Assembly (NCBI GenBank): GCA_040954595.2
Contig: CM082585.2
Location: 7,093,808 to 7,157,807, forward strand
From: Balanoglossus misakiensis
Taxonomy: Eukaryota; Animalia; Hemichordata
DNA length: 64,000 nucleotides
Direction of reading: 5' to 3'
Below are positions 34,428 to 47,400 of this stretch, one piece after another (within the stretch, counting starts at the first letter, position 1; each line of letters starts with the position of its first letter). The notes under the pieces were generated by a model. That model worked only from the letters and a program-made list of their open reading frames with translations. It did not search any database and was not told where the DNA came from. Made by a program: the position numbers and the translations under genes.

Positions 34428-35658
34428 CTTAAGGTGTCATGGCAACCAGAGAAATTGATTCGGATGCAGATATACAGACCATCGCATAATTCAATGAGCT
34501 TACACTATACTCCAAAAGATCTATGTTTATTTCATTCGTACGAATCAAGTGTCTATGTCATCTACAATATTTACAATTGATTTTAAATATAAACAACATA
34601 TTTACAGTGAAGATAAAGTCATAGGAATTTTTCTACCCATTTCTGAACTAGAACTATAAAATTAGCTAATCTTCTTATCAGTTTTCAAGTATGTGTAGGC
34701 CTAAATCTATCATTTCTAGCCACGTAAAATTAATACGAAGATCATCATCATTATTAACATCGACGGATGTTTCACGTAAACCGGTCTGTGAGTGATCTAA
34801 GGGAAATCGAGTCTATTGAAACATTGACCGAGGACCGAGGGATCCCACGATAGTACATTGTGCGTTTAACACAACGATCAACCTGAAAGCGAAGGTAAAC
34901 CCCCTTAACTACACTAACTACATGTATAACGAAAAAAAAACACTTTTTAAAAAGGACACCTTTAATATATCATCTTGTCTATAGATAATACATGTACAAA
35001 AATGCTTTACACGGTATTTTTGGCCAAAGTTCCCCCCCCCCCACGTTGGTGTGTCTCATGCTCCCACTGGAAACGCGTCTTAATCATGATGAAACATTTT
35101 TCTTCAAACTTCAAACGAATATAACTTGGGCCGGCATTAGCAGTCGAATCATCTGAAATCTGCATTCCTGAGTCTATACATATCGTAAATTAAAATAAAA
35201 CTGTTTTTATGTCCGAGTCAATGAAATATTCACAGAGGGAATAAACGCTTATCTTTTACCATTTTTGAAACTACCACCTTCGGAGCACTATTAATGAAGA
35301 GTGTGGAAAAAATTATTTTTCCCATGTTAGGCCCCCTTCTAAATAAAAGATTAAATTTTGAAAAGTAACATCCACTCTAGAGGTTGAATTCGCCTAAATT
35401 GTGTAAACGATTGTTTTAGTTATCTTTGTACGAGGCTATATTCAGCTGGTATTGTCTAAGCATAATCGTTTAGAATAACCCGTTTCCTGCATTGGCAGTC
35501 TTCTCCATTTCCCCCACCAGTTGAGTTCAATTAATGTGGTTTTTGGTTTATTTTCTGTTTAAGGCGTCCCGACAGATTCGACAGTTCGGGTGCAGTAAAT
35601 TCATTACACATGAAACGTGCGTGTGAGCTCGAAAGTTCTATCATGATGAAAATTCTTC

Positions 35659-36185
35659 TTATGAGCTAGAGCACGGGCAATACCAATAGGACCAGTACGT
35701 GTTCTGTCGGCTTAATCCAATTCCGTCGTCTGCAAAGAAAATGAGCCGAAGCCACAGTTTTTGATGATTACTTGGATGGATTGCTCTCATACACTACCGT
35801 GTCAACTTAAAAAATAGATTCATTTCATCTGGTTCATAGATTCATCATGAGAGAATTTATTCTGATAGCGTGAAAAATATGTAAATAATCCAAAATATGA
35901 ATACTACAAAAAATAAGCACAACCAACCTTGCCACGAGTTTATTTGGTTCATATCGTCCGTGATCGAATTTTTCCAATCATCGTTTTCCTTGCGCAGCCA
36001 CGTGTCATTTTTCTTTTCATACGCCACATATACCCCCTGGTCGATACTGTCAGAGAAATACTTTAAGAGCATTCCGTCTTCGCCGAGAACTTTCCTAACG
36101 TTATGTTTTTGCACTGTAAAGAGGGTAAAGAGTATCGTACCAGTATTATTATTACAAAATGAAATGATTAAACATATTCGTGTAG

Positions 36186-36227
<42 letters not shown>

Positions 36228-39200
36228 CTGGTTCGGGACTATCTATTCGACTATCTGCCGATGTGTATGTGTCTGTCTGTCTGACCGAAACGTAACGAAA
36301 TGTAATTTTTAAACGTCATCATCCCCGCCAGAAAGAGTAAAGACTAAACCGTTGCTATGATACACTAACCAGTATTTGCTCTCTTCCAAAATCGTTCGAC
36401 TGTTACATTGCCGGTGCATGAATGATGGATGTGATATCGAGTTGGGAGCTCAAACGAATTCAATTCATATTATTTCCTGGGGAATGGTAAAGTCACCTTT
36501 GTTGCGTCTACAACGTACGTAACTGTTTCCGTTCTTATATAGGCAGGTTATTAATCTGACTGCGGAGATTAATTCCGCACTAATTCGAGGTAGCCTTTGA
36601 ACTTTGACCCAGGGTCAGGTTGCTAGGGAAGTCACGAAAAGGTGTATTCAGGAGAGCAAACACAAAACAATTAAATCTGGGCAGCGTGAGTGCTACTCGT
36701 TCTACGACCACGCAACCGTGTAACAGATATTCTTGTTACGTAAATGCAGTCATTAAATTTTCGCAGTTGCACTCTGATACTAGAATGCAACATTATGGCA
36801 TCTTGTAAATGAGATTTTAAGAACCTTATGCGTACTACTTTCAGTTGGCTGCAGTGTACTATCTAAGGTGATATCCCCTTGATTTGTGGAGGTTGCCATG
36901 GCGTCGTCATGTGTATGTCTGCAGTAATAATACTGTTGTTAGCCAGCGGCCGTATTCCCCGACCCCCCGTCTCATTTGGCAGTGTTGTCTTTGACGTGAC
37001 TGGCCACGGTGCACTGAAAGTTCTGGTCTGGCGCGCGTGGTTTACATGATGACCATCAGTTCTAGTTATGTACCCACAACTTAAAGGGGACCCTCTTCTG
37101 ATGAGTATTTTAATTGGGCTTTTCCAAACAGAATGACCCCCTTCCTACCATTCCATCGTGACCATTCCCAAAACTTGTTTAAACTCGAACGGTGTTCACT
37201 TTTTAAAGATGGCCTACAACAAGTACAAGTGCTTCAAAGACGAGAGTGAACTTCAGAGGACTTGCTGAGAATACAGCTTGCCATGTGACCAGCTTTTTTA
37301 CCAATAGTTTAGTCCAATTCTTGACCTTTGAACTCTGACATATTTGGCGACTCACCTTGTTTGGATGTTCCATCATTCTGCATGTTATAACAGTGGGCAT
37401 GCGTTGACCTGTGTAGAGTAAACAAAAAGCTATCGTCTTCATTTGCTGACCGCCAAATTTTCGATGATGTAAGCAACATATATTATATTTTTGACATGCA
37501 AAAGCCAAATTTGTCCGAAAAGACAGTGAACATTATTTATGTGCATTATTTATTGTGCATAAACCTACGTACCCGCTATCGCAAACATAAAGAAGTTGCT
37601 CCTCGCTACCGCTGACTAAGATAGAATGCGTTGGTGATGAATTTTCTGTTGGTTGTTCAGCTAGTAACGAAAAATACACTTGGTGAGAAAATTACAGTTA
37701 GATAGACAGTCGGCAGATTGAATTCTGTTACAAGACCATTGGTACTTATATTCAGATAAAATACAGTAAACTGTTTACATGAAACCCTCGACTGATATAG
37801 ACTCTACTCGATACAGCGCCCGCAGACATCCAATATTCGAATATCGTCACACCATTCCCTTTTTGCAACGAAACAAATTTCATTGTCGATGTTGATTTTC
37901 ACTCATTTTGAATTATATTAAGTTTCAGTGCCGAAAAGCAGATTGAAATCATTGCAAGTCGTCAGGAAAGTTTTAAGCCGTAGTTGTTTTTGTGCTTTCT
38001 ACAAATTTTCCTGCAATATCAATCAGAACCTGACGGGCGGAAAAGTTCATTCATTTTCGGAAATCAACTCTTGCCAGAAATTACGGATTTTAGGTCTTTG
38101 AAAGGAATATATCATATTTCGCATTCAAGGCACGTATGATCCTGCTTTTGTCGGTATGCATAGAGAACAGCAGCCGTTCATTCATTATGCCGATCTCGTA
38201 ATAAGATGACGCAAGCCATCGAGCGATGCGCATAGCAGTTTCTTACCTGGAAGTCTTGCGTGGTAGAAATCGATATATTTTGCCGGAGCTGAATGCAGTG
38301 CGCCATGTTTGTCTCGATACGTTGTCAGAAGAACGCCGATGAAATGCGTTCGCTCGTGTTGGGTCTCTGTGACTTTGACCGACAAATTGAAGCTCAAAGT
38401 CACCGCTCTGAAGAGACGGACATCTCCCAGCTGTAAACCAGATAAAGCATAGCACACATTAGGATAATCGTCAAAAAGTCGTTAATTTAGAAGAAGCGAA
38501 AACCTGTCCGCGTCGTGACAGTGTTGTTTTAACAATCGAAATTGACCACGTCCATTTTCCGATGACCAAGTTGGAGTATATTTTCGGCCGCAGTGAATTA
38601 CAAATTATTATATCGAGGTTTTTCATTTGTTTTTAATTAGAATACGAATGGGGAAAGAGACTTTTAAAATATGCTCCCGCAAACGACAACGCGAGAAAAT
38701 TCCTATTGCGCACATTTGTCAATATAAAATCACGGTGAAGACTTTGGGAGAAATCTCCACAGTAACTTACATGGAATTTTAAAATAGTGTCAGAGAAATC
38801 GACTGCAGGTTCCTGGTCGACGCCTTGCCACTGGGTCATTGTGTTGTACTCAACGAAAGGGGTTAATAACCACGTCAATGTAACGTTATACGCCCGGGAA
38901 GAGGAGTCGTTTGCGTGACCTATACTGGTATCGATTCGTACGTCATCCCTGAAAACAGAACGAATGGAGCATGTTTACAAGAAGCGTGTTGATATCGAGT
39001 GACTTAGAAAAGCTTTCAGCATTCAAATAAGAGAATGGTTTCATACCAACAGTGTCAAATTTCTGCTGTAACAAAATTCAGAACGTCAGCCCAAGTGACC
39101 AAAAATTGGATGTTACTGTGGTATGGAGTAGAAGTAGCAAAACGGAATATATCGACAAATATGACACTATCTTCATAATTATCAGTGTATTACAGACAGA

Positions 39201-40846
39201 CTTCACATCGCAGGAACTTGCTTACCCATTCACCACTTCATTAGGGTTAATGCCATCACCCAGACTAGGGATGATGTCTAAACGTGGATAACCAATGTCC
39301 ACAAGCGGAGTGATTTGCTGGTGACCAAGCCATGTGACGTCATCTCCGTCTGCCAGGGCGCAGTGTGCCGATACGTCCACTTCCAACGTAGACCCGTTCA
39401 AAATGCAATCCGCATCGTCAAGTACGACGTTAACCAATATGTCTAGTCTATTTTCCGCGTCACTGTTACTTCCAGAAGTGACTTGTACGTCCGTGACATT
39501 CACTTTCACCATCTGATCCGTATTGTCGATGGTCTGGTGAAGAATACCGGAATCTTGTTCTATGTTACTCCCAAAACTGGTGGTCACACCAACTATCGGT
39601 AGTTCCACGCAGCTATTGTTTACTGGTAAACAAAATGTCACCCAGAGTGAGAATGTTCCAACGGGGAAAAATACGGAGAGAATGATTTGGGATGTGTCTC
39701 CTGTCCAGATGGTCAACGGTGAAACACTGGGAATGCTTGATAATTCGAAAAGGACGTTCCCTTCGCTGCTTTCAGTCGTCGGTGGAGAGGTTGTCGTTTC
39801 TTTCGTCGAGGTGAAGTGTGTTGTTGCAGTGGTTGTCCTGCCTGGTGTAGTAATGCCTGTTGCTGGCACGGTTTCTGTCGTTGCGGCATGTGTCGTAGCA
39901 GATGACGACACGCGGTGCGTGGAAACTGCAGTGCTTTCTTGTACTGCAACCGCAGCGTTAGTTGTCGATGTCTCTTCCGTGGTCCCTATTACTTGGGTCG
40001 CCTCGGTCGTTGTGGCTGGGTCTGGAATAGAAAGCAATTCGGCGTTAAAAGTAGGAAGAACTATTTGCCTCCCTCCGCCAATATTACGCCATCTACAACT
40101 GTGTGGAAACGTTTGTATCAGAAAAGGTGGTATGTGTACATGGAAACATGGACAAGGACTATACACGTTACAGTCTTACCACTGTTTTTGCACATACAGC
40201 CACATTCGGCTGGGTGGCTACACTTCTCAGCCTTCCAGTCGTTTACATCTTGAGTGACACCGAGGCAGTTTTTGGATGGGCCGTTGTCCAGGTCGCTCTC
40301 TGACCATCCATCGACATTGGAAAAGATGTCACCTATGGACACGACGGTGCCAATGACCTCTGTCCAGACGTCTTCCGTGTCCGTGTCTGTCAGGCCAGCC
40401 CACGCATACTGCCCACTAGCGCTGTGAAAAGTTGTAATAAGCAAATATTTAAGTACACCTCTTCCTTCTGGGAAGTTACCAAGGCTATACCACATGTACC
40501 AAATCATGACAATTTATTCGTGATCGCCACACTTCTGACTGGCAAATCTCGCGACTCGTCATTTCAAGGGGCCGGACTAAAAATCAATAAACAACACTTT
40601 TGTGTCGTTCAGGTTCTCAAATTGTGTAACACCGACGCAATAGTGAAGAATTAACAAACTAAAGTGTCGCCTATACTTACCAAGGGTCTGCTTGTAGTAA
40701 GTTCAGAACGTAATCTTTCTCGTCAGAATCTTGAATCCCCGCAATGTGTCCCAGGTTATTATCATTGCAGTGCGTCTCGCAGTCTGGCCACATTAATGAG
40801 CGCTTAACAAAAGTGTAGCAGTTTCCGGTGTACCAATTTGAGCAAC
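35659..40846 (-). CDS. Uncharacterised extracellular protein (paralog B): C-type lectin domain, Thr-rich stalk, beta-rich domains, Trp/Cys C-terminal domain; first exon unresolved
   Basis: Exons: 40681-40846 (CSNWYTGNCYTFVKRSLMWPDCETHC), 40180-40421 (YAWAGLTD...NCLGV...WKAEKCSHPAECGCMCK), 39226-40021, 38771-38948, 38247-38430, 37573-37660, 37356-37408, 35928-36113, 35659-35729 (ends WSYWYCPCSSS*). All phases consistent, about 654 codons. A phase-compatible but unconvincing first exon lies at 41647-41818. Confidence 0.8.
36188..36226. repeat. (TA)n microsatellite
   Basis: About 19 TA units in an intron of paralog B. Confidence 0.95.
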
Positions 40847-41380
40847 CTGCTGACAAAGGTAGATTTGATGAATGTCATATGATGTATGTTTAACCGTATG
40901 AACTTAACATATGATAAGTTATTGGTACTAAACGTGTAAGTTTTTTTAATTCTCTTCAGCCAGGTTTGACGGTTAGATGACGCACATGTTGACGTGGTCA
41001 TTGCCATAACGGGCAAAAAAAGTGCATCCCCCTCTTTACTGATAGTTACGGGCTAATAGAGTAAAAACCACCAGCCGCTCGCATACAGGCTTTACGACCT
41101 CGCGTTAGTCTCCATTACACCTAACGAAGGAGCCATTTCTGTCTATTACTGCGCATCGGAAAGAGCGAAAACAACTTAACCGGAGATGGAATACGAATGT
41201 TGTTATTGCCACCTGACTTTCCAGTTTGAAGGAAAGTATGTCAACCTAACCCGCGCATTAGTACATTGCCACTGATAAAGAATATGCTTTGCATCGATTT
41301 TCAATAGATTCAATCTAACAAGGGCTTCCAAAACCACAACCAATTTAATGGTAGAATGACGTCCCCAGTAAATGACTTTG

Positions 41381-41480
41381 CACCTATACATAGCTTGACG
41401 TGCATTACTTTACAGGCAACCAGTTGCTACGGTGACTAACCAAGTCTCGCGAGATCTAGAAATCATCTGTTGTGTGAACA
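41381..41480. repeat. Dispersed ~100-bp repeat, copy 1
   Basis: Aligns to the reverse complement of about 59170-59292; contains TCTCGCGAGA at 41445-41454. Confidence 0.6.
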
Positions 41481-44400
41481 TCTAATTCTTTATATTACTA
41501 ATGAGTTCAAAGTCTCCTTTTGCTTAAAAGTTTTCTGATATCATCATTTGTGGTGTGACCAAATAGGAGTGGGCATTTTTTGAGCAAGTTTATCTTCTCC
41601 ACACTAATTTTTCTCTGTGATGCTGGTGATTAAAATATCGTCTTACCACAATATTCATTTTCCAAAAAAGCGGCATTGTAATATTTGTTTAGGAACACAA
41701 TAACTTGATAAAACGGCCGGCTTGGTGTCGTGTTTCCGGCCGTTGTTATGGTACCATTTGAGCTGTGACGTAAAAGAACGACCTTGCCAGTAGTTGAGGT
41801 GGTCGTGTTTCTGTCCATGTATATTCATGTTCCCAGTCCGACTCGGAAATCATGTAGCCCTAACGTGCCGCTACTATAAAAGAGTAATTCTTACTGTATA
41901 GGCATATCATGCCGAATACTTGTTTTTATTGTCGCTTCGAATTTTCCCAAATCCATATCCTGTCGGCCGGTGTTTTATGCAAACGACCACAGCGTTCTGA
42001 CTATATATGCCTGTTGATAGCTGTTGAACACAACAGTGATGTACTTCTACATTTATGAAAATTTCCCTGAAATAACTGACAGGGTGAAACACGCTTTCAG
42101 GCGTGTAATTTATCTGTTGACATGGGCCCTGCTAACGTTTTAATTTCCATGTTAGTTGCCAGTTGATCAATATGGAAATGTCACGAAAATCTATAGACGC
42201 TTAGTAATTCCCAAGTATCGGTAACCGCGTAAGAACAATATTGGAATTGTCAAGTGCCACTCGGCGTCGATCGCTTTGAGTGGTTGAAAATTTTAAAAAG
42301 TGACTCTCCCGCTTTGTAAAATAACTTAGACGTGGATGGACAGGCATCTGTGGTATAATTGGAACACCTGATAAACTTTGAGTTCAGCAAATAGCAGTGC
42401 CGCTTTAAGTCCCGTCAGCGGTGTGACCCGTAGTCAATGTACTGAGAACAAAATAGGCGGTAGACCTACCCATCTCGGTCGATTATGATTGAATATACAA
42501 GTTTTGTGAAGACATTTGTAATGAACAGGTGATGTATCTGTTGGGGAATTTGCATAATCGAGCAAACCGAATCGTTCAGCGGCTGTTGATCGTTAAGTGT
42601 CTTCTCTAACCAAACTTAAAGACCTAACGTATCAATACTTTGAGAAATAATTCCAAGAACCAGATAACTTAGAAAGTGAGCACAAATATATGTAAAAACA
42701 AACATCCTGAATGGCAGAACGGCATATTCAAACCAAAAAAAGGTAAAACTCAAATGACCACAATTATATGGTTTCGGGAGAGCGATTGTAAGTGAAAACA
42801 CGTGTTGAAATTTCGCACACGGCACGTCTATTATGGTAAAAAGGTTTTCTTTATAATATTAGTAACCTGTCGACTTCTATTTCTCGCATTTGTGTATCAT
42901 TGTTCAGGATCATAATAAGAGTGCGGTTGCTACTTTATGCGACGTGAAAGTAGGTGTTTATGTAATCATTAACGGCGGAACACACATGCCACTCAAGCCG
43001 ACGGCAACTGCATTCGGCCGAGCGAAAGTGTCTTCATCCGTCGCGATGTGAAAGCCGGTAATGAATCGACGGGGTGGTTCACCGTGCGAGCAGCGAGACA
43101 AAGCGAGGAAAGGAAATGAACTGAATTCGAAATAACGATCATACGATTCAACTGCGTTTATTGAAAATCTTCTGAATGCTGCTGGAGATCTTTTAAGGGG
43201 GGTTTGAAAAGCATGCGTCGTTTAATTGGCTGTTCCAGTGGAGTTTGTTTCCACGCAACGCGGAGAACGTTGAGTGGAGTGGCGCTCGTTGGGGAAGGGG
43301 GGGGGGGTAGCTAATGACGATGGCTCACGGTCAGCCCCGGTACTCCCACTTGCAAGTCGTCAAGCAAAAAAACGAATTCAAACGCTGGCTGCATATATTA
43401 GTATCCCCATCGTGGTATTCTTAGCTTTTGTTTACTCAACCTCGTTCCCTCTCGTCTGTTTTTGCTACGATGGAGCACTTCGACGAAACATTCAGCGATG
43501 TGTAAATAACGCAAAATCAACCAACGCCTGTTGTCACGCGCAAATACTGGAGCCAACCGTTACAAAGAGGAATTTGCATTACTTGTAAATCTAAAATGAC
43601 ACGCAGCCTTTAGGCGCCATCTATTTTCTAGTCATGATACTTGTGTACATGGAATGAAATGACGCACGCTGGCTACTGCAGTGACGCTATATTGGATATT
43701 CTAAAGATCATTTTTCGTTCACGAATCAACAGAATTAATCTGAACGAACGGTATTGCATGGATTATGCGCAAATAAATAATTATTAGAGTGAAGCAATCT
43801 AAGAGAAAAGTTTAAACATGTCTAGAAAAAATAGTAAAATTGAAGGCTTCTGCCACCCTCTTTGTATAACACGTGTATTTCCGTGCGTCAAGGATAAACC
43901 TTTGATTGGTGGGTTTGGTTATGTATGCGTATCTTGTAAATGCGTGTTCCTCCTTAATGTACGCGTTCGTGTGCAACGTATCGTTTCTTGTTTGACTGTT
44001 GGATAGAGGCAGCTGTGATTATATCCACACAATGGGCTAATTGCTCGATTTTGACTTTGCAAATAAAACGAACCGCACGGGATTGACCACGGACATGACG
44101 CCACTGTAGCGAAAATGATTTCTAAGTGGGCCAACCAACAAACAAGTTTGGCCTCTGCCCCGGATAAATGCATTTAGCTCAGCGTCGTTCGTTGTGGATG
44201 TAGCAACTAGCGGTTGCTACGTTACCGACGGCGCGACTTTTGGTGGGATCACCTACTATTTCTACTCTTAACAGAAGAAATGTACTACTTTTACCGTGAG
44301 AAGCTCACCCTGTCACGTGATAGGACTTCAAGATACCCGGAACATCTTACTGTGTTCCAGTGATGTTGCATTGCCATTTGGCAGATATGAAAATTATTTA

Positions 44401-47400
44401 TCATATATCAGAAAATTGCCTCGGAGATCATTTCCGTAATTTGCCAGCAGAAAGAACTGTGCAAATACCGAGCTACAGTTAAATCATTTAAATTTAGTGT
44501 ATTAAGTGGAATTGAACAAATGGCCGTTCAAAGTCCACCTGGGAAAAATGACACATTAAAGAGAGGCTTGCAATTATTCGGAACGTGGACGAGAATTTGT
44601 AGAGGATATAATTCTGAGATTATAATTCATGATCTTTTTACAACGTTAGCGTTATGCGACCTGGTTGTTTACTATCTTTCGTAAAAAAAACACCCTCTAT
44701 GGACAGATTTCAAACTGTAATTGCTACACATTTTCAGCGGCTGAATATTGACTTCAGCTATCATATCACTTTTAACTTTCGAATAATAGCTTAAACACAA
44801 AGTCAACAAAAACCCGTAAACGCGACCGATGGACATAATCCCAGAAACATTAACAAACCCAGCATGTTCATTTCATTGATCGGAAATAATTAGGACCGCA
44901 AACGAACCGACAGTTTACATATCAGGCGATACAATTGATGAATTCCAAGGCCGTTTCGTAAAAAAATAAAATGCTTGGTCGATTAATGCGCTTCCTGCTT
45001 AAAACTGAGTCTGAATGCCTGTGTATCAGTAAGATTAATTCCATCATGGTAACCGATGCATTGTCTTGAAAGAAGTAGAATTGACTTTGGTTGGCTTAAA
45101 GCACCGCCTATAGCTCTTCCATCGTACGACGAGACCCGATTGTTTGTTTTTTATCGTCAAAGTACCGTTACACGATACTCTGTCGTCATGGCAACTTGGA
45201 CAATAAAAAAAACTCGTTATGGCCCCTTCCATGCCTGTTCTAAAAGGCATTGAAATCGACACGCGTGTATTTCGTCATACCCAGAACCCTTCTCCGAGCG
45301 CTAAGGTTTTCCATCGGCAAAACAGATCGATATTCCGTTATTGACTGACGCACTTGCAAAACAAAAATAGATATATTTATTGCGCCGGCCAAGGATCCCT
45401 ACAAGCTCTCGACTATAAATCTAGCTCGCAGGCGGAAAAGGAGACACTTTCGGCGCTATATTGATGGTACTAAATGATCACAGGAACTCTTAAAAGCGTA
45501 TTATTCCGAGAAATAAACGTATATTCCGAGTAAAGGCCCTTTTATTACAAACAGTACTTCCTACTTCACACAATTTGTGCACAACAACGAACGAATGCAC
45601 AGATATATAATCAGGTGACATAATCCCGCGCTACAAGCTTCGTGTCGGCGCGTGCAACATTGAGGAAAATTCGGAACTGCGATCTTGGTGTACAAAGACA
45701 AATTTCAACATTTTCATGAAGCGGTACTGAATCAAAATGCACATATTTTTAGATTAAAAGAATTGATCATTCAATTAAATATCTCCCGTTAGTTATCAGT
45801 ACAAATAGACAAATTACCTGATTGACATAAATCCAGGGTATCCTATAATACTATTAATGTTGCTCTGTATTTTACACAGATATGTGAATACGGGTGGTAT
45901 GCGAGGGTGCCTTTGATGAGAAATGTGACTTTGAAAACAAATCGTGCACATAACGCCTCTTCTCTGAAATTCCATTTACACAGGGACACGTCTTGGTTGC
46001 ATTTTCTTTCCCGGAAGTCAAAAACGTCATGTATATTGACGACAGGAGTTCAATATCATGTCCATGAACCAAATGAACTGACGGGCGTCCTTGTAATATA
46101 TATTTTGTTTTCAGCGGCAGATGCCCTTGGTAGTGAACAAACATTTAGTAATTCGGTGATCAGTTGTACCCTTGGTCGGGCACGAATACCGTAGTCCCTT
46201 TTCGCGAAAAAGCCAAACATCCTGTTCGATACATTAACACCAATAATTGTGTTCTTTATCAAGCACATAACGTTTGCAGGATTTTTTTTCTATCAAATAT
46301 GCAGTCAAATATTTTCCTAGCATAAACATGTACAGCAGAATCATTTTGTAAACGTCTATCAATTCAGGTGTTATTTTTCGTGTAAACCACATCTGTGATT
46401 AAACACACGTATTATTTATATTGCCAAGATAAATGTTTCTGTTGGGTTATAAATTGGCATTTAATGTACCGCCTTGTGCAATGTTTGCGTAATAATCAAA
46501 GTCATTAATCTAGCCGGTTTCCTTATAAATGCGGATGTAGGCAAATAAAACCATATGTTATTCTAAACACGTTGTATCTTTGATGCGAAATCATGCACAG
46601 CCGTGACTAGACTAGATGTTCACAATGGAAAGCAGAAACGCGCGTTACCCTCTACGGCAGTTACTTGTAGGTAGGGCTTTTGAAGGTTGGACCACGGACC
46701 GTGGTTGGACTAAAATATCACTGGTCACGAAACGAGAGAAGAGAATAAAAAAATGACAAATATAGGTCCCTCTCAACGCCTCTTAACATCTCCCATTTCC
46801 CGCGGTTTAACTTCCTGAGCAATAATACTATTCGGTCGAGACGTTTGATTGAATCTGGCATCAAGTAGGAAGAGGGAGTTTGAGAGACATCACATTTCAT
46901 AAAGTCAGTTTTTAACGATGAAAACCACTCGACCGACAGTAAAACGTATTAGTTACCGCATGGCGAAAGAAATGTGTTTACTAGCAAAGAGCAAGATCAA
47001 TGGGGATAAACTAGCGAGCTTGTTCTGCCTGCTAAATAGGCCTACAGAATTATTCGATTCGACCAAGAACATGTTTAGAGAACAATAAAACAAATACATG
47101 AAAAGTGCAGAGAATCGACGCAATTGATTGTAAGTTCAATGTGTCCTAGTAACGCAGGCTGTACGTACTTTTCACCATATATATTTGAGATGATTCGGAT
47201 TTTATTCGAATAAAATCCACATCAGGAGTTGTAGTGAAATACATTCAGCAGCCAACAATCTCGTTATTTGTATAAAAATAATATTAATGTAAACGAATTC
47301 ATCGGTTTGTGATTTCCAATGTTTTTTTAAAATTTCTTATTCCCAAATCTCGCTATGTAGACACCAATGACCAAGCATCTAGATGTGACGTACTTCCAAG

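Noticed and set aside
40069-40098. Possible micro-exon VVDGVILAEG in paralog B
   Set aside because: Would need a weak GC donor and an intron of under 50 nt; the direct 40180^40021 splice already preserves frame
45915-45955. CDFENKSC resembling a MAM-domain start
   Set aside because: Immediately followed by a stop, and the downstream sequence is not MAM-like
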